A DNA stretch of 64,000 nt, taken from positions 352,001 to 416,000 of the forward strand of contig CAXXWQ010000004.1 in assembly GCA_963674945.2 (NCBI GenBank), in the 5' to 3' direction. A program made the position numbers and the translations under genes. The stretch comes from an uncultured Desulfosarcina sp. (lineage in GTDB: Bacteria; Desulfobacterota; Desulfobacteria; Desulfobacterales; Desulfosarcinaceae). This document shows positions 10,408 to 20,329 of this stretch, one piece after another (position 1 is the first letter of the stretch; each line of letters opens with the position of its first letter). The notes beneath the pieces were generated by a model that did no database searches, was not told the DNA's origin, and saw nothing but the letters and a program-made list of their open reading frames with translations.

Positions 10408-10577
10408 AGTGTCTATGCAGAAATAGGAAAATTTGGTCGAGATCAAGGCGCGCGAAAAATTTTACCGGAGGTGCCCCGAAGGAAATGCCCTTGGGGTGCA
10501 TTTGGTTGATATTCCGAGGATAAAATTTTTCGTGCAACGCCGATATCGGGCAAATTGGCCATTTCTGGCTGGGCACT
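10408..10577. repeat. Long imperfect inverted-repeat intergenic element between tolA and tolB
   Basis: Outer arms agtgtct..cagaaat..aattt..tcgagatc / gatatcggg..aaatt..atttctg..gggcact; inner arms gcgcgaaaaatttta / taaaatttttcgtgc; apical ccccgaagg / ccttgggg hairpin. Confidence 0.8.
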
Positions 10578-10579
10578 GG

Positions 10580-11479
10580 TTAGCGGATGCCCTGCGGGGT
10601 GAATCTAACCCCCATTTCCACATAGGGCAGTTTCAACCCACTCGGATGCGGGTCTACCGGATTTGACTTCATGATGGCATTATAGGCCGAGTCGTCCAGA
10701 TACCGATTACCGGAACGGTCGGTGAAAAAAACATCCCGTATTTCCCCATCGGGCATGACCTTGAATACGATCGCCGCCACAAGGCTCCGGTCGTTTCCGG
10801 CCAGTTGTTCGTTAAAAGCCCAGTGCTTCTGAATCTGAAATGCGATTTCGAGACGGTACAGATCGATCCGTTCAGCCACCTTTTTTCCGCTTTCGGAAAA
10901 CTGCCCCGACAGTTTCCCCGATGTCTCGGCCGAATCGTCCGTTGTGTTTCCGGATGCACGGGAACGGTCGGATTCTGACTCACGCACCTCTTTCTTCAGT
11001 CGTTCCAATGCGGATTTCAAAGATTCCGGCGTATCGGGGGAGTCCGTTTCCTTGGTTTCGGCCCTGTTTTTTTCTTTCAGTTGCTGTAATGCGTGTTTGA
11101 TCACCTGGTCAGACTTGAAGGTCTTTTTTTTCAGCGATGTTTTGGGTTTCGGTGCAGCGGGTTTCGCGACTTGCACTTCCTTCTTTGGCGCCGGCGGCAC
11201 CGCCTCTTTTGTTTTGGGTACCGTTGGTGCTTTATCTTCGACGGAGGCGGTCGTTTCCGTTTCGGCGGCAGGGGCCGGAGCCTTCAAGGAGACCATGCGG
11301 ACATGGATGGCCGAACGCATCGGTTGCGTTTCGGTCTTCAATCCGGGGGCAACCACGATCAGTACGAAAAATATCAGGTGCCCGACGAAAGAGAATAACA
11401 GGGGATAAAGGAGAGGATGCCGCTCCTTACCGCCCTGGCCTGGTGTAAAAGTGGCCGAACCACGGGTATTCTTTTTCAT
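10580..11479 (-). CDS. tolA: TolA/TonB-family protein
   Basis: TM segment with SFVGH (S-x3-H), Pro/Lys/Ala-rich linker, TonB_C-like C-terminus (SGNRYLDDSA); between tolR and tolB. Confidence 0.85.
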   Translation of the reverse strand: MKKNTRGSATFTPGQGGKERHPLLYPLLFSFVGHLIFFVLIVVAPGLKTETQPMRSAIHVRMVSLKAPAPAAETETTASVEDKAPTVPKTKEAVPPAPKKEVQVAKPAAPKPKTSLKKKTFKSDQVIKHALQQLKEKNRAETKETDSPDTPESLKSALERLKKEVRESESDRSRASGNTTDDSAETSGKLSGQFSESGKKVAERIDLYRLEIAFQIQKHWAFNEQLAGNDRSLVAAIVFKVMPDGEIRDVFFTDRSGNRYLDDSAYNAIMKSNPVDPHPSGLKLPYVEMGVRFTPQGIR

Positions 11480-11916
11480 CAGCCCTTTTTACCGGAGGCG
11501 GTTCCGGCGTCATCGTCGAAAGGATCGGTTACCATGCCAAGCTTTTCGATCCCGGCAGCCTTTATCTCGGCCATTACAGCGACGACCAGACCATAGGCGA
11601 CATCCTTATCGGCCCGAAAAAAGACCTCGCGATCCGTATTCCCCGCCAGTATCTTTTCCAGCTTCTCCTTTAGATAATCCATCCGTACCTGAAAATCGTT
11701 GATGAAGATGTTGCCATCTTTATCGATGGTCACGGTCAGGTTTTCCTTTTCAGTGGTCATGGCCTTTGCGCTCACCTGGGGAAGATCGACATCCACCCCT
11801 TGCACCATCATGGGTGCGGTCACCATGAAAATGATGAGAAGGACCAGCATGACATCAACAAAGGGCGTCACATTGATATCCGACATGAGCCGGTCACTGT
11901 CACTGCCTATCGCCAT
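11479..11916 (-). CDS. tolR: Protein TolR
   Basis: DINVTPFVDVMLVLLIIFMVTAP, RADKDVAYG. Confidence 0.95.
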   Translation of the reverse strand: MAIGSDSDRLMSDINVTPFVDVMLVLLIIFMVTAPMMVQGVDVDLPQVSAKAMTTEKENLTVTIDKDGNIFINDFQVRMDYLKEKLEKILAGNTDREVFFRADKDVAYGLVVAVMAEIKAAGIEKLGMVTDPFDDDAGTASGKKG

Positions 11917-11957
11917 GTCACCTCCTTTTTTCTGTATGACTGTATGAAATCATTTCG

Positions 11958-12671
11958 TCAATGAAGGATATCACGATCGAGAATATTGAGGAAATCGGCG
12001 GAAAAACTGTGTAATTCAGCCTCGATAACGCGGATTTTTTGCATGAAATGATTAAATGCGATCACGGCGGGTATGGCAACGGCAAGACCGGCGGCTGTTG
12101 CCACCAGCGCTTCGGATATCCCCGGCGCCACGACCGCGAGACTGGCAGACCCCCGCTCTCCGATGCCATGAAAGGAGTTCATGATGCCCCATACCGTTCC
12201 GAACAATCCGATGAAGGGGGTGGTGTTGCCCGTGGTCGCCAGAAACGGAACCATCTGGGTGATGCGTGTCATCTCGGTATTGATGGCGCGCCGCAAGGCT
12301 CTTTTAACATTATCAAAACCCGAAAAGTTCTGACGCAAAGGTGGTGCGTCTTTATTGCTGGTGGCATCATCAGCAGGTTTTCCGCTGGGATTGAGTTTCC
12401 GCAATTCGGCGTAGCCGATTCGGAACACACGCGCCACCGGACTTCCGCCAAGTTGCTTGGCTTTGGTAAAGGCACCGGCCAGGTCCCGGCTTTTCCAAAA
12501 ATACTCGATAAACACCTCCGACTCTTGGAAGGCCTTTCGTATGTATCTTATTTTGATAAAAATAATCGCCCAGGACATGACGGAAAAAAACAGGAGCAAA
12601 AGGAGGACGAATTTGACCATCAAACTGGCATTGCTGATAATTTGAATATAATCCATCTGGGTGGGCACCAT
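11958..12671 (-). CDS. tolQ: Protein TolQ
   Basis: PFIGLFGTVWGIM, VAPGISEALVATAAGLAVAIPA. Confidence 0.96.
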   Translation of the reverse strand: MVPTQMDYIQIISNASLMVKFVLLLLLFFSVMSWAIIFIKIRYIRKAFQESEVFIEYFWKSRDLAGAFTKAKQLGGSPVARVFRIGYAELRKLNPSGKPADDATSNKDAPPLRQNFSGFDNVKRALRRAINTEMTRITQMVPFLATTGNTTPFIGLFGTVWGIMNSFHGIGERGSASLAVVAPGISEALVATAAGLAVAIPAVIAFNHFMQKIRVIEAELHSFSADFLNILDRDILH

Positions 12672-12860
12672 TTACATTCTCTCCCAAAAATTCGAAAAGC
12701 TGTTTGCCGGGGGTCTTGTAGACGAAAATGAATCGCAAACCCTTGAAAAAGTTTTTATATATCTATACAAGCCTCATGTTGGTGTCAAGCAGTTTGACAT
12801 AAGGCGACAAAGCATATGGAACGTGCCAAAATCACCAAACAAGCCCATAAAGGAGAGACG

Positions 12861-13424
12861 ATGCAGCGCGTTACCGAATTTTTATTTGAAGCATTGATGG
12901 TAAAACAAATTCATCGTACCGGTTATCAGTTCCTCGGTACGGGGAAAGAGTCCGTTGCCGAACATACCTTTGCCGTGATGTGCATCGCCTGGACAATGGC
13001 GCAACTGATACCCGAGGCGGACGGTTACCGATTGCTATCCATGTGTCTGGTTCACGACCTGCCGGAAGCCAGAATGGGAGACCTGAACCATGTACAAAAA
13101 CAATATGTAACCCCGGACGAAGATTTGGCGGTAGATCATATGATCCGAAGCCTGCCCTTTGACACGACCGTAAAAGACCTTATCCAGGAATTCAATGCAG
13201 GTGAGACGCTGGAGGCAAAATTGGCCAGAGACGCAGATCAGCTGGCCTTTTTGTTTGATCTCAAATCGTTATCGGATTTGGGGTATACGCAACCCGAAAA
13301 ATGGTCCACACACGTCACCAAACGCATTGTGACTGACCTCGGTGTCAAAATCGCAAAACAGGTCGGCAGGATGGAAACAGATTGTTGGTGGTATAAGGGA
13401 TTTGATGACCACCAGGCAACCTGA
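12861..13424 (+). CDS. HD-domain hydrolase (YfbR/HDDC2-like)
   Basis: RTGY, ESVAEH, VHDLPEARMGD, ARDADQL. Confidence 0.88.
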   Translation: MQRVTEFLFEALMVKQIHRTGYQFLGTGKESVAEHTFAVMCIAWTMAQLIPEADGYRLLSMCLVHDLPEARMGDLNHVQKQYVTPDEDLAVDHMIRSLPFDTTVKDLIQEFNAGETLEAKLARDADQLAFLFDLKSLSDLGYTQPEKWSTHVTKRIVTDLGVKIAKQVGRMETDCWWYKGFDDHQAT

Positions 13425-13652
13425 CCGTCAATGGTGTGAAGGACAGGTATTCGAGTAACACCGTCACATTTTCACAATTTGCAACCGCCATCGATATTGG
13501 CAACCCGCAGGAACTCGTTTTTCAACCAGCGCCCACCTCGCGTATACAAAAGGTGGATGTTTCGCCAACCCCCTTTTTTCCATGCGTCACTTCAAAGCGG
13601 CGGCACCCTCTCCATCGAGACCCTCGGGAGACATATCAAGACCAAAAACAAT

Positions 13653-13680
13653 TAAAGTTTTTTTTTAATCAAGCGGATAA
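13653..13680 (+). promoter_or_regulatory. Putative sigma28 (FliA) promoter of the che operon
   Basis: TAAAGTTT-N12-GCGGATAA vs consensus TAAAGTTT-N11-GCCGATAA, about 195 nt upstream of cheA. Confidence 0.55.
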
Positions 13681-13874
13681 TGGTCTCAAGAAACAACGCA
13701 GTGGTAGGAAGAATCCGGTAAAACCTGATTTTGAATCAATTTCAGTGGGTTCAACAGCTATTTAGTGTAGCATCACACATTGTGGACCGAGTCGACTGTG
13801 TCGCTTGACATTGGCGATGCATTAACTACCCATCGAATGATTCGTCATTACTCATTCGGTAAAAGGAGCACGAC

Positions 13875-16800
13875 ATGACCATTCAGGACGACGAAACATT
13901 ACAGATGTATCTGGAGGAATCGATCGAACATCTGGCGGACATTGAAACCGATCTTCTGGGCATCGAGGAGGCTGGCGCCGATATCGACGAGGACCTTGTC
14001 AATAAGGTCTATCGTGCGGCGCATTCCATCAAGGGTGGTGCCGGATTCATGGGGTTGACCACGATCAAAGATCTGACCCATGAAATGGAAAACATCCTTG
14101 GAAAGATACGAAGCCGCGATATGGTTCCCACGCCGGAAATCGTCAATGTCCTGCTCATGGCCGCCGACACCCTGAAGGAATTGATGAACGATGTGTTCAC
14201 CAGCAATGATGTGGATATCTCCCGGCACATCGAAGCGCTCCAGGCCATCGCCGAGGGTAAAACGCCTTCCGTGGCTCCCCAAAAACCGTCTGATTCCAAT
14301 CCCACGACAGCGTCCGATGCTGTCGACGAGGAGGATCCGGTTGAAAGAAGCGAATCGAAAATCGACGAAAAGCTTCAGCGCTTTTCTGCAGAAGGCACCA
14401 AGACGTCCATAGAGGCGGATCCAGACCTGGTAAAAAGCCTGATCGATGAGGGAAAATTTGTCTACCTGGTCCACATGAACCTTATGGCCGATGTGGTGGA
14501 GAAGGGAAAGTCACCCGATACCGTCATGGAAGAGATGACGCAGACCGGGTTCATTATCGCCTGTAATCCCCCTGTCGATGCCGTTCGTACCATGGACATG
14601 GAAAAGGAAACGGCGCCGACACCGCTGGTGGTATTGTTCGCAACGATCTTGAAACCGGAAGACATCAATGTTCTTTTCGAAATCGCCGAACACCAGATTC
14701 ATCAGATCCTGCCGGATATGAAGACCCAGTGTCTGGGCGGCAAATCCAATGAAACCGACAGGGTTTCACTACCCGAAGAATCGGAACCCAAGCCGCAGGC
14801 AGAATCGAACCCTTCCGTCGAACCGGAATCGGCGGCAGTCGAACCGGAATCGGCGGCAGTCGAACCGGAACCGGTTGCAACCGAAGCACTCGCCGATTCC
14901 ACCCAACCCGCGCAAAAGAAATCTTCGACCAAAAGGACGGAAACCGAAACCAGTTTACGTGTCCATGTGAGTCTTTTGGACCAGTTGATGACCCTGGCGG
15001 GGGAGTTGGTGCTCAGTCGGAACCAACTGCTTCAATCCATAGGCACCGAAGATCAACGCGGTGCCGAAATCGCAGGTCAGCGCATCGATCTGATCACTTC
15101 CGAACTTCAAGAGGCGATCATGCTGACCCGTATGCAATCCATCGGCAACGTGTTCAACAAGTTCCCGCGGGTGGTGCGGGATCTTTCCCGTGCGCTTGGA
15201 AAAAAAGTCGAACTCACCCTCGAGGGGAAAGATGTCGAACTGGATAAGACGATTATCGAGGCCATCGGAGACCCCCTGACCCACCTGGTTCGCAATGCAG
15301 TGGACCACGGCATTGAACTGCCGGACATTCGAAAACGGGCCGGTAAGAATCCGATAGGTCAAATTTACCTCAAAGCCTACCACAAAGCCGGTCAGGTCAA
15401 CATCGAAATCACCGATGACGGCAAGGGGTTAAACGGCCATGCATTGACCCAGAAGGCCCTGGAGAAAGGATTGATTTCCGAAGATCAAGCCAAAGTCATG
15501 TCCGACAAGGAACGGATCAATCTGATCTTTTTGCCCGGCTTCTCCACGGCAGAAAAAATCACCGACGTCTCCGGCCGTGGTGTGGGCATGGACGTGGTCA
15601 AAACAAATCTGGACAAACTCGGCGGGATCATCGACATCGACTCGGAGATGGGAAAAGGATCTACGATTCGAATCAAGCTCCCCCTTACCCTCGCCATCAT
15701 TCCATGCCAGGTGGTCATGACCGGTGACGAGCGGTATGCCATTCCCCAGGTAAATCTGGAAGAACTGTTGCGTATACCGGCGAGCAAAGTCAAGGAACGA
15801 ATCGAAAGAGTCGGGGATGCGGAGGTGGTTCGCCTTCGGGGAAATCTTCTTCCATTGATCAAATTGGCCGATGTGATCGGTATCGGATCCCACTACACGG
15901 ATCCGAAGACGGGCAAAAAGCTTGATGACCGTAGAAAGAACGTGGCGGATCGGAGGTGCAAAAAAAGCCCTCTCTCCCCGGACGATGAGGTGTCCCTGAC
16001 TTCAAAAGAGCATGAAGATGGAAACTTTGCACCCGATGAGCGGAAATCCGATGATCGCCGATATCATTCCAACAGCGCACTGAATATCGTGGTCGTTTCC
16101 ACCGGGGCCATGAAATACGGCCTGGTCGTAGACGAACTGCACGACTCGGAGGAGATCGTCGTCAAACCGCTGGGAAAGGATTTGAAAAGTTGCAAGGGAT
16201 ACGCCGGCGCCACCATCATGGGAGACGGCCGCGTCGCCCTGATACTGGATGTGGGCAACCTTGCCCAAATCGCCGGATTGACGTCCGTGGAGGGATCCAA
16301 GCGGGCAGAGCAGGTATCCGAAGAGAACCTTCAGGCGATGCGCAACCAAAAAGACCGACAATCACTTCTGGTTTTCCGCAGTGCCGAGAAGGAACAGTTC
16401 GCAGCGCCATTGAGCATCGTGGAACGCATCGAAAAAATCAAGGCCACCGATATTGAAACCGTGGGCGGCAAGCGCGTGATCCGCTACCGTGGCGGCAGCC
16501 TCCCCTTGTTCTCCATCGACGAGGTGGCCAACGTAGGACCGCTGGCCGATTTGGAAGACCTTCTGGTCATTGTCTTCATCATCGCCGGCCGGGAAGCGGG
16601 TCTTTTGGCCATCGGTCCGGTCGATGCCATAGAACTATCCCTGGATGTCGACGGCCAGACGCTGACGCAGCCCGGCATCATGGGATCGGCCATTATCAAC
16701 GATCACACCACATTGATGGTTGACATCTATGAAATCGTTCAAACCTTGAACCCACAGTGGTTTGAGGATACCGAAACCGTGACCAACGAAGACGGCGAAG

Positions 16801-17174
16801 CGGTAAAAATCCTGTTTGCCGAAGACTCCAATTTTTTCCGCAGCCAGGTGAAGAGCTATATGGAAGATGAAGGGTATACGGTAATCGAGGCCGAAGACGG
16901 TGTGATTGCATGGGATCTTTTGCAAGAACATGGCGACGAGATCTCTCTCGTCGTGACCGACATCGAGATGCCCAATATGGACGGATTTGAACTGACCCAA
17001 CGTATCAAGGCGGACAACGCCTTTTCCCATCTTCCCGTCATTGCATTGACGACGCTGGCCGGAGAAGAGGACATCGAGAAGGGTCGTCAGGTGGGCATCT
17101 GCGACTACCAGATTAAACTGGATCGTGAAAAACTGGTTCGCAGCATTTATGGATATCTGTCAGGCAATAGATAA
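13875..17174 (+). CDS. cheA: Hybrid chemotaxis kinase CheA (Hpt-dimerisation-HATPase-CheW-CheW-REC)
   Basis: YRAAHSIKG Hpt, HLVRNAVDHGIE, DDGKG, SGRGVGMDVV, two CheW-like domains, C-terminal receiver (FAEDS..VTDIEMPNMDG). Confidence 0.96.
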   Translation: MTIQDDETLQMYLEESIEHLADIETDLLGIEEAGADIDEDLVNKVYRAAHSIKGGAGFMGLTTIKDLTHEMENILGKIRSRDMVPTPEIVNVLLMAADTLKELMNDVFTSNDVDISRHIEALQAIAEGKTPSVAPQKPSDSNPTTASDAVDEEDPVERSESKIDEKLQRFSAEGTKTSIEADPDLVKSLIDEGKFVYLVHMNLMADVVEKGKSPDTVMEEMTQTGFIIACNPPVDAVRTMDMEKETAPTPLVVLFATILKPEDINVLFEIAEHQIHQILPDMKTQCLGGKSNETDRVSLPEESEPKPQAESNPSVEPESAAVEPESAAVEPEPVATEALADSTQPAQKKSSTKRTETETSLRVHVSLLDQLMTLAGELVLSRNQLLQSIGTEDQRGAEIAGQRIDLITSELQEAIMLTRMQSIGNVFNKFPRVVRDLSRALGKKVELTLEGKDVELDKTIIEAIGDPLTHLVRNAVDHGIELPDIRKRAGKNPIGQIYLKAYHKAGQVNIEITDDGKGLNGHALTQKALEKGLISEDQAKVMSDKERINLIFLPGFSTAEKITDVSGRGVGMDVVKTNLDKLGGIIDIDSEMGKGSTIRIKLPLTLAIIPCQVVMTGDERYAIPQVNLEELLRIPASKVKERIERVGDAEVVRLRGNLLPLIKLADVIGIGSHYTDPKTGKKLDDRRKNVADRRCKKSPLSPDDEVSLTSKEHEDGNFAPDERKSDDRRYHSNSALNIVVVSTGAMKYGLVVDELHDSEEIVVKPLGKDLKSCKGYAGATIMGDGRVALILDVGNLAQIAGLTSVEGSKRAEQVSEENLQAMRNQKDRQSLLVFRSAEKEQFAAPLSIVERIEKIKATDIETVGGKRVIRYRGGSLPLFSIDEVANVGPLADLEDLLVIVFIIAGREAGLLAIGPVDAIELSLDVDGQTLTQPGIMGSAIINDHTTLMVDIYEIVQTLNPQWFEDTETVTNEDGEAVKILFAEDSNFFRSQVKSYMEDEGYTVIEAEDGVIAWDLLQEHGDEISLVVTDIEMPNMDGFELTQRIKADNAFSHLPVIALTTLAGEEDIEKGRQVGICDYQIKLDREKLVRSIYGYLSGNR
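14817..14870 (+). repeat. In-frame 21-bp tandem repeat (about 2.6 copies, VEPESAA) in the CheA linker
   Basis: gtcgaaccggaatcggcggca twice plus partial gtcgaaccggaa. Confidence 0.9.
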
Positions 17175-17188
17175 AAAAGGAAAGACAA

Positions 17189-17623
17189 ATGGCAAGCCAA
17201 ACTGTTGAAATGGCAACCTTTTATGTGGGAGAAGCCCTTTGCGGCATGGACATTCTCAATATTCAGGAGATCAACAAGCTCATGGAGATGACAACGGTTC
17301 CCCAGGCGCCGGACTATGTGATGGGGATTTTGAATCTGCGTGGGCAAATCGTTACCATCATCGACCTGGGCAAAAAGCTTGACCTGGGAGAGACCAAGAT
17401 GAGCGATACGACGCGAAATATCATCGTCAATGCCAAGGATGAATACGTCGGCCTGCTCGTAAACCGAATCAGTGATGTGGTAGAAGCGGAATGGGACAAG
17501 GTGGAACCGCCCCCGGCAAACATCGGCGGCATTCAAGGCGCTTATTTCAAGGGCATCTTCAAAACAAAGGATCGGTTAATCGGAATCCTGAATGTCGAAA
17601 AAGTACTGGAAAACGGGATATAG
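17189..17623 (+). CDS. cheW: Chemotaxis protein CheW
   Basis: IQEI, TVPQAPDYVMGILNLRGQIVTIIDL. Confidence 0.96.
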   Translation: MASQTVEMATFYVGEALCGMDILNIQEINKLMEMTTVPQAPDYVMGILNLRGQIVTIIDLGKKLDLGETKMSDTTRNIIVNAKDEYVGLLVNRISDVVEAEWDKVEPPPANIGGIQGAYFKGIFKTKDRLIGILNVEKVLENGI

Positions 17624-17698
17624 TTGCCCCACACGTTTCAATCAACGCAATTATCAATCTCGGATGTTTGCGCCACCTTCGGTAAGGAGCACAGGTAG

Positions 17699-18829
17699 AT
17701 GAGTCTTCGCGCCCCCTTGCGGGTCATGGTTGTAGATGACACCGTCTTGTACCGAAAAATTGTAAGCGATGCACTCGCCAAAATTCCCGGAGTGGAGGTC
17801 GTGGGAATCGCCCATAATGGCAAAGCGGCCATCAGCAGAATCGAATCCCTCAAGCCTGACCTGCTTACCCTTGACATCGAAATGCCGGAAATGAACGGTA
17901 TCGAAGTGCTGGAATATCTGCGACAGAACAAAAAGAACGTCGGTGTCATCATGCTCAGTACCCTCACCCACGAGGGTGGGGCCATGACGATGCGGGCGCT
18001 GGAACTGGGAGCCTTTGATTTTATTCCCAAGCCACAGTCCGGCACCATGACGGAGAACTGCGCGAAAATAGAGACGGCCATCGAACCGATGATTCGTGCA
18101 TTCCAGGAAAGTACCGGACATTCCGCTTTGGTGAAAACCCCGCCACGGTGGACCGGAAGAGTCACGGCCCCTCGTAAGAGCACAACCACACCTTTCGTTC
18201 GCCCCTCCGTTGGCAGTATCGCCGACCGATCCAAAGCGGAAATCGTTGCCATCGGTGTCTCCACCGGAGGTCCCAACGCACTGGCCCGGATGCTTCCGAT
18301 GATTCCCAAGGATATCGGCGTTCCCATTCTCATCGTTCAACACATGCCGCCCCTGTTCACCCAATCCTTGGCCAATAGCCTGGCAGCCAAATGTGGTGTC
18401 GACGTTCGAGAGGCCAAAAATGGGGAACCCTTATCGCCCAATACGGTATTGATCGCCCCTGGCGGGAAACAGATGAAAATTGTCGCTGGTGCGGATGGTA
18501 CAAACCGCCTGATCAAAATTACGGACGATCCACCGGAAAATAGCTGCAAGCCTAGCGTGGACTATCTTTTTCGGTCCGTTGCACACCACTATGTGGGGCG
18601 TGCCACCGGTGTCATCATGACCGGCATGGGATCGGATGGCAACCGGGGACTGGAATTGATGAAACAAAACGGTGCCACCGTCATCGCCCAAGACGAGGCG
18701 ACCTGTGTGGTGTACGGCATGCCCAAGGGGCCCGCAGAATCGGGATTGGCGGATGCGGTACTGCCGCTGGACAAAATTGCCGACATGATCGTAAGAACCG
18801 TCCGTTCGCGCAGATCATCCTCGAGATGA
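17699..18829 (+). CDS. cheB: Chemotaxis methylesterase CheB
   Basis: REC domain plus IGVSTGGP, VQHMPP, PSVDYLF, MTGMGSDG, VVYGMP. Confidence 0.97.
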   Translation: MSLRAPLRVMVVDDTVLYRKIVSDALAKIPGVEVVGIAHNGKAAISRIESLKPDLLTLDIEMPEMNGIEVLEYLRQNKKNVGVIMLSTLTHEGGAMTMRALELGAFDFIPKPQSGTMTENCAKIETAIEPMIRAFQESTGHSALVKTPPRWTGRVTAPRKSTTTPFVRPSVGSIADRSKAEIVAIGVSTGGPNALARMLPMIPKDIGVPILIVQHMPPLFTQSLANSLAAKCGVDVREAKNGEPLSPNTVLIAPGGKQMKIVAGADGTNRLIKITDDPPENSCKPSVDYLFRSVAHHYVGRATGVIMTGMGSDGNRGLELMKQNGATVIAQDEATCVVYGMPKGPAESGLADAVLPLDKIADMIVRTVRSRRSSSR

Positions 18830-18868
18830 TCCAAGGGTCAAACGCAAAATGCCGCATCAGAGACAAAA

Positions 18869-19708
18869 ATGCTGAAAATCAAACCGGAAGAAATAAAGGT
18901 CCTCTCTACCTATATCTACAATATATCCGGTATTCACATCGATATGTCCAAGGCATATCTGCTGGAGACCCGATTTGGACGATTAATCGAGGAAGAGGGT
19001 TGTCAATCCTTTGCCGACCTGTACCACAAGGCGAAAGCGGATCCGAAAAAGGTGCTGGAAAAGAAACTCATCAACGCCATCACCACGAACGAGACGCTTT
19101 TCTTCCGTGATACCAGCCCATTTGATTTACTGCGACACAAAATCATGCCGGATCTCATCGACATCCGACAAGGAAATGGATCCGGTCTTCCCGGAGCAAA
19201 GCTCCGGATCTGGAGCAGTGCCTGCTCCACCGGTCAGGAGATATACAGTATCGCTATCGTCTTACGGGAGTTATTGGGCCCGGCCGTCATAGAAAAAATC
19301 ACGCTAATGGGTACCGATCTCTCCGATGCCGCCATTACCCAGGCCAGCTATGGCACATACAATAAATTTGAAATCGAACGAGGCCTTCCCCTGGAAAAGC
19401 TTCAACGGTATTTCACGCCCAATGGTGGGAATTGGAAAATAAAAGACGAGATTCGGGCCATGGCGACCTTCCGGCGGATGAACCTCATGGAGCCGTTCAC
19501 GGGGATGGGAAAGTTCGATATCATCTTTTGCAGAAACGTTGCGATCTATTTCACCCTTGAAGATCGCAAGAAACTTTTCGAAAAGATCGCAAACACATTG
19601 CATCCCGACGGGTATCTGCTCATCGGCTCCACCGAGTCGCTGACCGGCGTGTGCCCGCGGTTTATCCCCAAACGTCACTTGCGGTCGGTCTATTACCAGC
19701 TCAAGTAG
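18869..19708 (+). CDS. cheR: Chemotaxis methyltransferase CheR
   Basis: TTNETLFFRD, RIWSSACSTGQEIYS, FDIIFCRNV, GSTES. Confidence 0.97.
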   Translation: MLKIKPEEIKVLSTYIYNISGIHIDMSKAYLLETRFGRLIEEEGCQSFADLYHKAKADPKKVLEKKLINAITTNETLFFRDTSPFDLLRHKIMPDLIDIRQGNGSGLPGAKLRIWSSACSTGQEIYSIAIVLRELLGPAVIEKITLMGTDLSDAAITQASYGTYNKFEIERGLPLEKLQRYFTPNGGNWKIKDEIRAMATFRRMNLMEPFTGMGKFDIIFCRNVAIYFTLEDRKKLFEKIANTLHPDGYLLIGSTESLTGVCPRFIPKRHLRSVYYQLK

Positions 19709-19735
19709 CGGTGGCGTAAAATAGATACACCCACG

Positions 19736-20314
19736 ATGGAGACGAAAACAATGACGAGCCTTTCAATTCTTGTAGTCGATGATGATCCGGTCACACGGAC
19801 GCTTCTGACAAAGCGGTTGCACAAGGAAGGATATTTCGTGGAAGCCGTAGAAAATGGTCTTGTCGCAAAAGATAAGCTCGCCGAAAACTATTTCGATGTG
19901 GTGCTCACGGACTTGATCATGCCAGGGGGGATCGATGGCATTGGTGTCCTCGAGGAGGCCAAGCGGATTCATTTCAAAACGGAAGTCGTCCTGATAACGG
20001 CCCACGCGACGGTGGATAACGCCATCGAGGCAATGAAAAAAGGTGCTGCGGACTACTTGCAAAAACCCATCAATTTCGATGAACTCTTTTTGCGGCTGGA
20101 TAAAATCCGGAACGTGAAACTTCTCATAAAAAATGCAAGCGACCTTCGTGAAGCCATGGATGTGACGGAAACCACCTCTGCGGAAACGATTCAAAATCTG
20201 GAATTAACGGTCGGCGATTTAATGGAACGACTATCTTCGGTCAAGGCGATCCTCGAAAATCAGGAAGAAGACGCGCAAAACCGTGTCCGCCAAGCACTGG
20301 CATATATGCAATAA
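19736..20314 (+). CDS. Response regulator (REC + coiled-coil tail)
   Basis: ILVVDDD, VLTDLIMPG, ITAH, YLQKP; no DNA-binding domain recognised. Confidence 0.88.
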   Translation: METKTMTSLSILVVDDDPVTRTLLTKRLHKEGYFVEAVENGLVAKDKLAENYFDVVLTDLIMPGGIDGIGVLEEAKRIHFKTEVVLITAHATVDNAIEAMKKGAADYLQKPINFDELFLRLDKIRNVKLLIKNASDLREAMDVTETTSAETIQNLELTVGDLMERLSSVKAILENQEEDAQNRVRQALAYMQ

Positions 20315-20329
20315 GCCCAACACGAATTC

